This document shows positions 16,775 to 27,853 of a stretch of 64,000 nt of DNA, piece after piece. The stretch spans positions 1 to 64,000 of IMG/VR virus record IMGVR_UViG_3300024270_000031, one strand, 5' to 3'. Position 1 is the stretch's first letter; each line of letters opens with the position of its first letter. Both the position numbers and the translations under genes were made by a program. The DNA is from an uncultured virus (IMG/VR IMGVR_UViG_3300024270_000031). Lineage: Duplodnaviria; Heunggongvirae; Uroviricota; Caudoviricetes. A model generated the notes under the pieces. The model was given only the letters and a program-made list of their open reading frames with translations. It was not told the origin of the DNA and did no database searches.

Positions 16775-18032
16775 TGCTTCAGCAGCTTAATATTAAACTA
16801 GAAGACTATTGGTTTGGCTACAATGAGTACTACGTTTTTTATGACGATGAGCACATGACTCAGGAGCAGGCTGAAAAAGCTCTTGAATTTATTGATTGGG
16901 GTAGTTGGGAGCCTAAACTTACACCTTATTACCTTATTGTTCCCGCGGTAAAGAAGCCCATCTTGAACAGTATTAAGGAATATTTTGTAAGTGGCCGCCA
17001 TCAGGAGGTAAAAGATGATCCCGAAGCTTGAACCTCAGAATATTGAAAAGTGTGCTGCTTGTGGAGCAAAGAATACTAAAGGCTTTGTAGTCTGCTCAGG
17101 CTTTGGAGCGTTTTCTGATGCAATTTGTTTAAGTTGTATTTCAGAGGGCAGAGAAGTATATCAGCATATGGTTAATGATATTTCTTGTGCAGGACCTTGG
17201 CCGGATGGTATAAATGAAGACTACCAGGCAGAAGTAAGACGTCAGCTTAGATTACACAATAAAACAGAAGAAGAATTTATTGCAGACCTTGCTTTGGCAG
17301 ATGAATTTTTTAATCAGGCATTTTAAAAGAATGTCTGATTTTTCTTTACCGTATATTGTATTATATAATAGTAAATATTAAGGAGTACATAAAATGAATA
17401 ATCGTATTTATTGTCCTGTAGCAAATGGTTGGGCTGAAAGAATAAGCAAGTCTAAGAAAATTCATGTTTGTAGGCAGTGTAAGCATTCAATCGATAAAGG
17501 TTCTTCTTATGTAAGTTTGCATGTGAACCTTGGCGGTCCTAGCTGGGTATCTGAGGCTATGTGTGATGACTGTTATGCTATTGCTTTTGAGAAGGCTTTT
17601 GATTTTACACCGCCAGTAAAAGCACTTCCTGACGGTATTGAAATGGTTTATAGAACTGCTGACGGAGAAGTTTTTGACGAACTCGGCAAGGCTGAAAAGC
17701 ATATGGCTGATGCAGCAAAGTATTGCCTTATGTATAACGATAGTGGTGAGCGTACTTACGAAGTTGATAATGCTGTGGTGCTTAAAATTCTTAACGGCTC
17801 TGGAATGACTTATTTTGTGAATGCTTGTAAAAAGTATAATAAAGAAAATCCTAATCTTCAAGATACCTCCGGAGGCCTTATCAAAGATTACGAAGAGTGT
17901 AAAGGCGACTTGAGTATTTACGATAAACTTAAACCTACATATCTTTGGAATGATGCTGAGTATATTTATATTGATGATGACCAGCACCGAGCGCTTCTTG
18001 GCTATATTGTAGATAAATATGGAGTAAAGTAA
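16774..18032 (+). other. Hypothetical CDSs (16774..17031, 17015..17326, 17394..18032)
   Basis: ORFs with RBS; Cys-pair motifs. Confidence 0.65.
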
Positions 18033-18043
18033 TCGCAGAAGGA

Positions 18044-18592
18044 GTGTATAAAGTGAATTCTAGAGTAATATTTCTTGATTATGATGGTGTCGTGAATACT
18101 CCTATGTGGAATGAGAAGGGTACCCACTGTAATTACAATTGGCCGAGCCACGGAAAAGTAAATAATTTTCAAGCAGTACAGTGGCTATCTGAGGCTTGCC
18201 AGAAATTTCATTATGATATTGTAGTTACTTCTACTTGGCGTAGAGATAAAAACTACAAGGAATGCCTTATTAATGGTGGTCTCAGAGAGGGTATTGAAAT
18301 TCTTGGTAAGACAGAGCATCTTGAGGTATCAGAAGGTTGGTCTCGCGGTCATGAGATTCAGAAATATCTTGACGAGCATCCTGAAATTAACTATTTTATG
18401 ATCCTAGATGATGAGAATGTGCCAATTAATGACGTACAAAGAGAACATTTTATTCAGACTGTTGACGCTCATGGCGGCTTTAACGAGGCAGATTTCTTTA
18501 CTTTTGAGAAACTTTATATGAGAGACGTAGGTCACGGTGGATCGTTTTGGGACAGAAAAAGTAAAGATTATCGCAAGGAGATTATTATATGA
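18044..18592 (+). CDS. HAD phosphatase (HAD_SAK_2 RNA-repair type)
   Basis: IFLDYDGVVN, VVTSTWR, RGHEIQKYL, ILDDE. Confidence 0.8.
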   Translation: MYKVNSRVIFLDYDGVVNTPMWNEKGTHCNYNWPSHGKVNNFQAVQWLSEACQKFHYDIVVTSTWRRDKNYKECLINGGLREGIEILGKTEHLEVSEGWSRGHEIQKYLDEHPEINYFMILDDENVPINDVQREHFIQTVDAHGGFNEADFFTFEKLYMRDVGHGGSFWDRKSKDYRKEIII

Positions 18593-20048
18593 GAACGATA
18601 GATACTCTATTGACAGATTTTAATGATATTTGTACTTTGTATAGATATCTGTATATGTCTGAAGATCATTTTATTGACGTTGAAACACCGGCGACTACTT
18701 TGAGAATTACTATGACCGAACAACTTAATTTTCTGTGTCAGAATCTCAGATTTCCTGACCTTCCGCCTATGGGCTATAATGATATGATGACTCTAAATCA
18801 GTCATTGGGAATTATTGACCAGCTTAAACATAAACCTGGTATTATGCACTTCCGTGAGGGTGCTTCTCGCTGGGATGAAATTCTTGATATTACTAATGCA
18901 AACTTGGCTCTAAACAGAGACCATAAAAAGAGGTATGCTACCGTATGATTACAAAAGAACAGGCAATTGATATTATAAATAAGTTTGATTTTTTCTACGG
19001 CCAGCGGGCAGGAAGAGAGCTTTGGTTTGATAAGCCGAGAGAAGTACAGGATGCAGATGTAAAAAATTTCAGTGATGATTGTGTGAGACTACTTGAGTAC
19101 GTTATGAAGACGGAGGCGCCTAATGTATAATCCTTTTGATCATTGGAAAGAACTGAAGTGTACAAAGTGTATACATGCGGAGCTTTGTATGCAGAATAGA
19201 GGCGGTGCGGATCTTGATATTGCAGCAGTGGACTGTCAGCACTTTAAAGACGCTTCTACTATTATTGAGTTGCCTAAGAAATTTTGGTTAGTTTTTAATG
19301 TTCCAGGTTTTTATAATATTACAGAGTATGATGTAGACCGAATCAGCGTTGCCAACGGAGTAATTGATAAAATGTGGGGCTCAAACAAAACTTCTAAGGA
19401 AGTTGTCTATAAAGAACATTTTGGTAGTCTAGTTTTCTTTTCTGAAGAATCAGCTAAGCTCGGTTTGGAAAAACTTATTGAGGAATACCGTAATGAAGAA
19501 ACTTAATATTAAAAATTTGACTATCGATCTTGTAGACAATACACAAAAGGAAGACTGGGAAAAAGCAGTATCTCATGCCTTTGAATCAGTATCTTCTGAC
19601 GCAGAATTTATTAACTTGGTTAAAGTCAAGTTGCCAGATGCTCCAATGGATAAAGCTCATTTTATTTTTCGACAACTAAAAGAAGACTTCGCTGAGCATG
19701 GATTGACTAATTGTGTATTTGTGCCTATTCACCCGCATGGCATTCAGGATATTACTATTGAAAAGTTGGAGATAGTAAATGAAGACTAAGAAAGAATACA
19801 GGTATAATGAAGGCTTTGAAGCCATAAAGAATAATATCTGCGATACGTCTTACGGTCTTTGCCCTGCACCAATGAACGCTCAGGAAGCTCTTGATATACT
19901 TACCAGCTATCTTCTTGGTGATGATTGGTATGTAGTTGATCCCGTGAGTGTGGAGCAGTGTAATGCCTGTGTAGTAGAGCAGATTCTTGACAAATATTCC
20001 AAAAAGTGGAAAAAAGATTGGGATCACTTTGAAAAATACGATCAATAA
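18589..20048 (+). other. Hypothetical CDSs (18589..18948, 18945..19130, 19123..19506, ~19493..19789, 19779..20048)
   Basis: Overlapping start/stop chain. Confidence 0.65.
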
Positions 20049-20061
20049 ATCGTATTATATA

Positions 20062-20730
20062 ATATCAGGTGCCACGAAGCTTAGCTTGGTCGGATGATTG
20101 ATTATGGGTCATACCGGGTACCAATAAGATTCAGAAGCAGTGGTAAATGGAATGCGATAAACAGCCTGATATGTTTAGAGGTGCCACGATGCCAATAACT
20201 TGGGAGTGAATACTTCTTGATGAAGTTAGCTCGTTGTTTTACAAGGTAACCAATCCGTCAACGAGATAAAGCTCTGTGAGGCGACAAAATGCAGTGGTAA
20301 ATGGAGTTTGATGAACAGCCTGATTTTTGGGGTGCCACGAAGCCCTATGGATTCAGTTAGTAAGCCGGAACAAAAGCAGCCTAAGAAGCTAGCACGGCCG
20401 GGGACTGAAAGACGGGATGCAGAAGCTGTGGTAAATGGAGAGAGTTGAACAGCCTAGTATAAAATGTAGGATTAGCTAGCCTTATTTTATACAGCTGAGT
20501 CGAATGACGTGGGAAGTTCCCCGTTCACCTTCGCTTGGGTGCTCAGCAACAAGCAATTTAATTGTAGGTGCCACGAAGGATCCTTAAGCCGTTAGCTCTA
20601 GGGCACTCGAAATGTCCGGATGAATCGGGGTGCAAGCAGGCCGTGTAACACGTTTAAACTTAGCGGGGCGGAACCTCTGCGGGATTGTCAAAAGCGCTGT
20701 GGTAAATGGAGTGTGATGAACAGCCTACAA
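20062..20730 (+). ncRNA. Array A: four structured RNAs with conserved termini and variable interiors
   Basis: 5' GGTGCCACGAWG and 3' GCWGTGGTAAATGGARWNNGWTRAACAGCCT in all four units; co-varying closing stems; promoter motif at ~20049. Confidence 0.8.
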
Positions 20731-20937
20731 AATATTTTATTTGAGGAAGGAGACCTTATTTATGTACTTCGTTATTTGTGAGGACACTCCACCCAACATT
20801 ATTGGTTGCTCAGGACGCTGAGTAATGGCCGTGGGCGCAGGCTCGGTATCGCCGAGGAAGACGAGACATACTGCGATGGAGGTTAGGTGGGAGGCCTCTA
20901 TAAGGGGTGCTGAGGTAAAGGCACCCCGCTTCTATAT

Positions 20938-21084
20938 CTACAACTGGCGGAACAGGCGACACAAATGTAAGTCCTGACTAAAGGCAGAATTAACTGTAAG
21001 TCCTTTTGGTGTAGACGCACCGCGGAGAAGCAGCGATGCGCTGACGAGTGTATCATCTGGGTTCGAATCCCGGGTTGTGGGCCA
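20938..21084 (+). ncRNA. Class II tRNA-like RNA with ~55-nt insertion in the D-loop
   Basis: CTACAAC/GTTGTGG+G+CCA; GCGGAACAGG[insert]TAGACGC; T-arm CTGGG-TTCGAAT-CCCGG. Confidence 0.6.
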
Positions 21085-21108
21085 ATTTTATTTTTAGGAG
21101 AAAAGCAG

Positions 21109-21663
21109 ATGGTAATTGGACTTGATTTCGACGGAACAATCAATGATATGCTTATTACTTGGGTTGAGTGGCTTAATAGAAAGCACGGAACTAGTGTACA
21201 GTTATCTGATATAGTCGAGTGGGAACTTGAAAAAGTATTTCCAACATTATCAAAACGTGAGCTGTTTGAGCCTTTGAACACACCAGAGTATTGGGATGAA
21301 GTTTCTATTAAGTCTGGCGCTGTTGAAGTTATTGAAAAGCTTATTTCTGAAGGTGATGAAGTTTATATAATTACCAGTTCTCATTATAGAACACTTCCGT
21401 ATAAGTTAGACAAATGCCTTTTTGCTCATTTTCCTTTTTTAAAAAAAGAAAATATAATTATTACATATAATAAATCACTTATTAATTGTGATCTTCTGCT
21501 TGACGACGCTGAACATAACTTAGTAAATTTTAAAGGAATTAAAGTAGTTTTTGACGCGCCTTACAATAAAAATACTTCTGTTGCAGACTTTAGAGTAGTT
21601 TCGTGGGAAGATTTTTATGAACTTATTTCTGAGCTAAAGATTGCTATTCCTGATATTGTATAA
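21109..21663 (+). CDS. 5'(3')-deoxyribonucleotidase (NT5C-like HAD)
   Basis: GLDFDGTI, LLLDDAEHNL, FDAPYNK, RVVSWED. Confidence 0.85.
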   Translation: MVIGLDFDGTINDMLITWVEWLNRKHGTSVQLSDIVEWELEKVFPTLSKRELFEPLNTPEYWDEVSIKSGAVEVIEKLISEGDEVYIITSSHYRTLPYKLDKCLFAHFPFLKKENIIITYNKSLINCDLLLDDAEHNLVNFKGIKVVFDAPYNKNTSVADFRVVSWEDFYELISELKIAIPDIV

Positions 21664-21696
21664 TATATTATAATAAAAAGTAAAGGAAATATAATA

Positions 21697-22518
21697 ATGG
21701 GAAATAATAAAAAAGATTCTCTTGGCGATCGTATGAAAGAAAACTACGAGAATCGTAGTAAAACTTATCTGACACGACGTACGCCTTGTATTATTCGTTT
21801 GGACGGTAAGGCTTTCCATAGCTTTACTAGTAATTTGCAAAAGCCTTACGATGAGATTTTTCATAAGGCAATGAACTCTACTTTGCAGTATCTTTGTAAA
21901 AATATTCAGGGTTGTAAGTTTGGTTATACGCAGAGTGATGAAATTTCGCTTCTGTTGACTGACTATGATACTCTGACTACTGATGCCTTCTTTGATTATA
22001 ACGTGCAAAAGATCTGCTCTGTTGCGGCTTCTATGGCAACAATGATTTTCAATAAGTCATTTAATATGCTTGTAGATGATTATCATAAATCTGATTTGTG
22101 GTGTAATCATTACTTTGAGGAGCCTATTAAAAGATATTCTGAAGCACTAAAGAAGTGTTGTGATAAGGGTGCGATGTTTGATGCTCGCTGCTTTAATATT
22201 CCTGCTTCTGAAGTTGTGAATTGCTTTGTGTGGAGGCAAGAAGATGCTACTCGAAACGCAATTCAGATGCTTGGCCAGACTTATTTTAATCATAATGAAT
22301 TGCATAAAAAGAAGACTGATATGATTCAGGAAATGCTTTGGCAGAAAGGCATTAATTTCAATGATATGCCTATTGAGTTTAAGCGTGGTATCTGCTGTTA
22401 TAAGAGAGCTATCGAAGTAAACGGCGCAGCAAGAACTGAATGGTATATTGACAAAGAGTGTCCTATTTTTACACAGGACCGAAACTATATTGAAAGATTT
22501 CTTCCTAAGGAGAACTAA
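21697..22518 (+). CDS. tRNA(His) guanylyltransferase Thg1-like protein
   Basis: IIRLDGKAFHSFT, YTQSDEISL, FDARCF, WRQEDATRN. Confidence 0.92.
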   Translation: MGNNKKDSLGDRMKENYENRSKTYLTRRTPCIIRLDGKAFHSFTSNLQKPYDEIFHKAMNSTLQYLCKNIQGCKFGYTQSDEISLLLTDYDTLTTDAFFDYNVQKICSVAASMATMIFNKSFNMLVDDYHKSDLWCNHYFEEPIKRYSEALKKCCDKGAMFDARCFNIPASEVVNCFVWRQEDATRNAIQMLGQTYFNHNELHKKKTDMIQEMLWQKGINFNDMPIEFKRGICCYKRAIEVNGAARTEWYIDKECPIFTQDRNYIERFLPKEN

Positions 22519-23073
22519 ATGACAAATAGAGAAAGATTTATTTCACTTTGTACGTTTAATCGTACAGGCAAAGCAGAACTTTTTGAATGGCTCGAGAGTA
22601 GTGATTTCTTTACTGCACCGGCGAGTGCAAAGTATCATGGCTCTTATGAAGGTGGGCTTGTAGAGCACTCTTTGAACGTATACGACGCCCTTGTAAAGCT
22701 ACTTACAATTTATCCTGAGATTCAGGTATCTGAAGAAAGCGTTGCTATCGTAGCTCTTTTCCATGATCTTTGTAAAGTAAATATGTATGAGAAAGAGACC
22801 CGCTACCGTAAGGATGAAAACGGTAAGTGGGAGCCTTACGAGGCTTATACTCATAATGAAAAGCTACATTATGGCGGACACGGGAGTAAGTCAGTATTTA
22901 TTCTTCAGAACTTTATTAAGCTGACTCCTGAAGAAGCAGTTGCTATTAATTGCCATATGGGCTCTTGGGAAGATAACCCTAATATCGGACCTGCTTTTGA
23001 GCATTGTCCTTTAGCTTGGCTTCTTCACGTTGCAGATGAGAGTGCAACCTTTATTACGGAGGCAAAGAGATGA
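22519..23073 (+). CDS. HD-domain phosphohydrolase
   Basis: APASAKYH...GGLVEHSLNV, HDLCK, HMG, ADE. Confidence 0.85.
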   Translation: MTNRERFISLCTFNRTGKAELFEWLESSDFFTAPASAKYHGSYEGGLVEHSLNVYDALVKLLTIYPEIQVSEESVAIVALFHDLCKVNMYEKETRYRKDENGKWEPYEAYTHNEKLHYGGHGSKSVFILQNFIKLTPEEAVAINCHMGSWEDNPNIGPAFEHCPLAWLLHVADESATFITEAKR

Positions 23074-23852
23074 AATTTTTCTGCGTTTCAGATATACATT
23101 CTTATTACTCTGCACTGAAGAAAGCTTTAGATGAGGCCGGCTTTGACCGAAATAATCCAGAGCATTGGTTAATTTCTTGCGGTGATGCTTTTGATAGAGG
23201 CCATGAGAGCGAAGAAGTACTTCATTTTCTCATGTCACTTGAAAGAAAGATTCTCGTAAAAGGTAATCATGACCTTCTACTTGATGACCTTTGTATGAGA
23301 GAATTTCCTTATAGTCATGACTTTTCTAACGGTACTACTCGTACCGTAAATGACATTGGCGGTGCGGGAGAAGGCTACCCTTTTGATGACTGCTGTAGAA
23401 ATACTTGGAATAGAACAGCCGCCTATCGTGCTTCACTTGTAAACTATTTTGAAACTGAGAATTATATATTTGTACATAGTTGGATTCCTACTATTACGGA
23501 AGGTGCTAGTAAGCCTTGGCATACGCTTAATAAGTATTATGAATATAAGGAAGACTGGCGTGAGGCTACAAGAAATGAGTGGGAAGAAGCTATGTGGGGA
23601 AATCCGTTCTTTAAGGCTCAGGACGGTATGAATAGGACCGGTAAATATATTGTATTTGGTCATTGGCATTGCTCTTTGGGACACTTAATTAGCAGCGACG
23701 GAGAGCTTAGTGAGTTCGGCGAAAATGCTTGCTGGGACATTTACAAAAATGATGACTGGAAAATTATCGGAATTGATAAGTGCACAGCTCATACAGGAAA
23801 AGTAAATGTTTTGGTAATTGAAGATAATTTTTTAAATAAGGAGACTGACTAA
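23070..23852 (+). CDS. Calcineurin-like metallophosphoesterase
   Basis: SDIH, GDAFDRG, GNHD, FVH, GHWH. Confidence 0.9.
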   Translation: MKFFCVSDIHSYYSALKKALDEAGFDRNNPEHWLISCGDAFDRGHESEEVLHFLMSLERKILVKGNHDLLLDDLCMREFPYSHDFSNGTTRTVNDIGGAGEGYPFDDCCRNTWNRTAAYRASLVNYFETENYIFVHSWIPTITEGASKPWHTLNKYYEYKEDWREATRNEWEEAMWGNPFFKAQDGMNRTGKYIVFGHWHCSLGHLISSDGELSEFGENACWDIYKNDDWKIIGIDKCTAHTGKVNVLVIEDNFLNKETD

Positions 23853-24325
23853 ATGTTTATTGTTAGTGGCGGAAAAGGAACTGGAAAGACTAGAGCACTT
23901 CTTGAAAGAGCTTCTGCGGAAAACTGCATTGTTGTTTGTAAAGACCCTGATGCAATGAGAGACAGGGCTCATAGATACGGAATTACGGGACTCGATATTG
24001 TAGGATATGGCGATATCTACCTTGCTGGCAAGCCTGTATATATTCACGATATTAATAAGTTTATCGAACATAATATGCCGGAGGCGAAGGGTTATACCTT
24101 GTGTATTGACTAATGGATAAGAAATTTCTTTATGGTGCTAGAGATACCTCGACAGGAAAGCTTGTTAATGATATAACAAATCCTGGACGTAAATTTTGGG
24201 AAACGCGTGGCAACTGTTTAAATGCTATTAATGCTTATAACAATAGAACTTCTTATTATGGCCGTCGAGAACACCACGGTACACTTGAGCTCGTTACTTT
24301 CGAGCTTGTTGAAGTTAAGGAGTAA
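23853..24325 (+). other. Two small CDSs (23853..24113 with P-loop-like GGKGTGKT; 24113..24325)
   Basis: Coupled ORFs. Confidence 0.6.
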
Positions 24326-24438
24326 AGGCAAAAGAAAGTTGGTTTTATATAGCCAGCTTTCTTTTATTTTTATTGTATAATATTATGTTAGCTTTGCTAA
24401 ATTAATTACCCACAAAATTTATAAAGGAGGCTTTTATT

Positions 24439-26664
24439 ATGGAACATGTAAACTGGTCAGGCTTTGCCTCAGGGCCTTGGCAAAATAGCATAGACGTTCG
24501 TAATTTTATTCAAACTAATTATACTCCTTATGAAGGAGATAATAGCTTTCTTGCAGGACCGACCGCAAGAACTAAGTGGTTGATACAAATAATTCAAGAA
24601 CTGCTTAAACTGGAAAGACAGAATGGCGGAGTTCTTGCGGTGGATACCGAAACTATTACTTCAATTACAGGTTTTCAGCCAGGCTATATTGATAAAGATA
24701 ATGAGATTATTGTCGGACTTCAGACAGACAAGCCACTAAAAAGAGGTATTAACCCATATGGCGGAATGCGAATGGCTAGACAAGCTTGCGAAGCTTACGG
24801 TTATAAAGTAAGTGAAGAAATTGAAAACAAATTTAAAGACAGAATTACTCATAATGACGGAGTATTTAGTGCTTATACTGACGAAATGCGAGCAGCGAGA
24901 AAGAGTCATATAATCACTGGACTTCCTGATGCTTACGGCCGAGGTCGTATTATTGGAGATTATCGTCGTGTTGCTCTTTATGGAGTTGACAGACTCATTG
25001 AAGAGAAGGTAATTGATAAAAAGGCCCTCAACGGGAACTTTGACGCTGATAAAGTGCGAGCTTCTGAAGAGCTCTCTCAGCAGATTAAGGCACTTAAATT
25101 GCTAAAAGAAATGGCAGCGGGATATGGTTATGATATCAGTGCACCAGCTTCTAACGCAAAAGAAGCAATTCAGTGGACTTACTTTGCTTATCTCGCTGCT
25201 ATCAAAGAGCAAAACGGCGCTGCGATGTCTTTGGGACGCGTGAGCACTTTCTTTGACATTTATATTGAAAGAGATATTGCTAACGGAATTCTTACAGAAG
25301 AGTCTGCACAGGAGCTTATTGACGACTTTGTTATTAAGTTGAGACTCGCTAGACACCTCAGAACACCAGAGTATAATGAGCTCTTTGGCGGAGATCCAAT
25401 GTGGATTACTGAAGCAATTGGCGGAATGGGAGAAGATGGAAGAACTTTAGTATCAAAAGGTAGCTTCCGTATACTTAATACTCTTTATAATCTTGGCCCG
25501 GCTCCAGAACCTAACTTAACAGTTCTTTGGTCTGAGGAACTTCCAGAAGATTTTAAGAGATTTTGTGCTAAAGTTTCTATTGATACCGATTCAATTCAGT
25601 ATGAAAATGATGATATCATGCGTCCTATTTATGGTGATGACTATGCTATCGCTTGCTGTGTTTCTGCTATGAAAGTAGGTAAGCAAATGCAATTCTTCGG
25701 GGCTCGTTGTAATCTCGCAAAATTACTCTTAGTTGCTATCAATGGCGGCTATGATACTACAAGTGGAATTCATATTGGTCCTCAGATGCCCGTTATGGAC
25801 ACTGAAAAACTTGACTACCTTGAAGTCGTTGATCGGTTTAAGACTTATATGAAGTGGCTCTGTAATCTTTACGTAAATACAATGAATGTAATTCATTATA
25901 TGCATGATAAGTATTGTTATGAGAAAATTCAAATGGCTCTTCACGATACAGACGTTCATCGTTTTATGGCTTTTGGAATAGCCGGACTTTCTGTAGTTGC
26001 TGATTCACTTAGTGCTATTTACTATGCAAATGTTAAGCCAATTAAGGATGAAAATGGTTTTATAGTTGATTTTGAGACTACCGGTGACTTTCCTAAATAC
26101 GGAAATGATGATAACCGCGTAGATAATATTGCTAAGGCTTTGTGTCATAGGATGATAGAGGAGCTCAGGGAAACGCCTGCCTACAGAAACGCAGAGCACA
26201 CACTTTCTATACTTACTATTACTTCAAACGTAATGTATGGCAAAAATACCGGAGCTACCCCGGACGGTAGACCCGCTTTCACGCCTTTTGCACCTGGAGC
26301 AAATCCTATGCACAATCGCGAAAGAAACGGAGCTCTTGCTTCTCTTAATTCAGTCGCAAAACTTTCTTATGATGACTGTCGTGATGGTATTTCTAATACT
26401 TTTTCTATAATTCCGCAGATGCTTGGAAACAGCGAAGAAGCGCAAATTAATAACTTGGTTGCAATTCTCGGTGGTTACTTTGCTCAAAAAGCACATCATA
26501 TCAATGTAAATGTAATGAATCGTGAAACTTTGATGAAGGCATATGAGAATCCTGAGGAGTATCCAAATCTTACTATCAGAGTTTCTGGCTATGCTGTTAA
26601 ATTCTATACACTTTCTAGAGAGCAGCAAAGAGAAGTTATTAGTCGAACTTTCCATGAAATTTAA
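24439..26664 (+). CDS. pflB: Pyruvate formate-lyase (formate C-acetyltransferase)
   Basis: [23 protein letters not shown] active-site Cys pair, glycyl-radical motif IRVSGYAV. Confidence 0.97.
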   Translation: MEHVNWSGFASGPWQNSIDVRNFIQTNYTPYEGDNSFLAGPTARTKWLIQIIQELLKLERQNGGVLAVDTETITSITGFQPGYIDKDNEIIVGLQTDKPLKRGINPYGGMRMARQACEAYGYKVSEEIENKFKDRITHNDGVFSAYTDEMRAARKSHIITGLPDAYGRGRIIGDYRRVALYGVDRLIEEKVIDKKALNGNFDADKVRASEELSQQIKALKLLKEMAAGYGYDISAPASNAKEAIQWTYFAYLAAIKEQNGAAMSLGRVSTFFDIYIERDIANGILTEESAQELIDDFVIKLRLARHLRTPEYNELFGGDPMWITEAIGGMGEDGRTLVSKGSFRILNTLYNLGPAPEPNLTVLWSEELPEDFKRFCAKVSIDTDSIQYENDDIMRPIYGDDYAIACCVSAMKVGKQMQFFGARCNLAKLLLVAINGGYDTTSGIHIGPQMPVMDTEKLDYLEVVDRFKTYMKWLCNLYVNTMNVIHYMHDKYCYEKIQMALHDTDVHRFMAFGIAGLSVVADSLSAIYYANVKPIKDENGFIVDFETTGDFPKYGNDDNRVDNIAKALCHRMIEELRETPAYRNAEHTLSILTITSNVMYGKNTGATPDGRPAFTPFAPGANPMHNRERNGALASLNSVAKLSYDDCRDGISNTFSIIPQMLGNSEEAQINNLVAILGGYFAQKAHHINVNVMNRETLMKAYENPEEYPNLTIRVSGYAVKFYTLSREQQREVISRTFHEI

Positions 26665-26781
26665 TAATTAATAATATAAAGTTAAACTGTATAATATAAA
26701 TATGGTTTAACTTTATATTTTTATTAAATCTATTTGCTAAATTATTTGATAACGTAGTTTATTTAAGTAGGAGGTGTCGGT

Positions 26782-27429
26782 TTGATTACTAAAGCTATAG
26801 TACAGTCGATTAATAGCACAGGTGACCGTTGTATGGTAAGAATACCATTATTTGAATCAGCGGGTAATAATAGTATAGTAGAAACAACTGCGCTTGTTAA
26901 TATTACACCAGGTGTTTATAATGGCTTAACTGCTGGTGATATAGTATTTATTGGCTTTGAGGAAAATGCGATTGAACGGCCAATCATCTTAGGTAAGCTA
27001 TTTAGAGGAGGCCAATTTGAGGCTAGTACACGCGGTGGTGGCGGAAACTTTAACTCATTAAAAGTGAACTCTGATGCCACCTTACCAGCAACTACTTTAT
27101 TTAAATATTCAACTGGAAACCAGGATGTCTATAAAAATTTTACTACTCCAAAAGATATTGCTGATTATATTTTATGGTTGGAGCGTCTTACAAAAAATTC
27201 AAGAAAGCAATTAGACGATAACTTTAGATGTTTTAAGAACTGGACACAGTGGCAATTTAAAGCTGAAAATGTTGAAATAGACGATGGGGACCTCGATGTC
27301 GGTCCGTCTACTACGCCTTTCTTGTATCAAAATGAACATGAACAGTGCGATGTTTGTGGTGAGAACTGCTCAAAGAAGTTGCGCAGTTATCCAGAAGTTT
27401 TATTAGATAAAACTTATCCAAATAATTAA
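26782..27429 (+). CDS. Putative baseplate spike/assembly protein
   Basis: N-terminal OB-like pattern (VRIP...GDIVFIGFE...PIILG), first gene of the baseplate cluster. Confidence 0.55.
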   Translation: MITKAIVQSINSTGDRCMVRIPLFESAGNNSIVETTALVNITPGVYNGLTAGDIVFIGFEENAIERPIILGKLFRGGQFEASTRGGGGNFNSLKVNSDATLPATTLFKYSTGNQDVYKNFTTPKDIADYILWLERLTKNSRKQLDDNFRCFKNWTQWQFKAENVEIDDGDLDVGPSTTPFLYQNEHEQCDVCGENCSKKLRSYPEVLLDKTYPNN

Positions 27430-27443
27430 AATAGGAGCTTAAC

Positions 27444-27836
27444 ATGCGTTCATATAAATTTCCAAAAATGTTTAATTCAAATAGCTCGCAAGTATGGCGA
27501 GAAGATGAATACGGTAAGGCAACTAGACAGAATGCCGTCCTACTCCTGCAGTCAGAGCGTGGAGAATTTGAGTGTGATCCTTATTTCGGTATTTTGCTAA
27601 AACATTATATGTTTAATCAAAATAGCTATATTTTAAAGGATATGCTAATTGATACAATTTATACTCAAATAGCAATCTTTTTACCACAGATTAAAATTTC
27701 TAGAAATTCTATCGATATTATATCAGATATACAACGAGGTAAACTTTACTGCCGTTTTTCTGGAATAAACCAAATTGACTATACACATAATACATTTAAT
27801 TTACTATTGTTTGATGAATCTCGTCAAATAGCATAA
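27444..27836 (+). CDS. Baseplate wedge protein, gp25/GPW-like
   Basis: LLLQSERGE...DPYFGILL motif, size and context. Confidence 0.75.
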   Translation: MRSYKFPKMFNSNSSQVWREDEYGKATRQNAVLLLQSERGEFECDPYFGILLKHYMFNQNSYILKDMLIDTIYTQIAIFLPQIKISRNSIDIISDIQRGKLYCRFSGINQIDYTHNTFNLLLFDESRQIA

Positions 27837-27853
27837 AGAAAGGGAAAATAAAG

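Noticed and set aside
20062..20730. CRISPR array interpretation
   Set aside because: Each unit has two different conserved blocks that pair with each other, interiors vary 57-117 nt and are structured, and there are no cas genes
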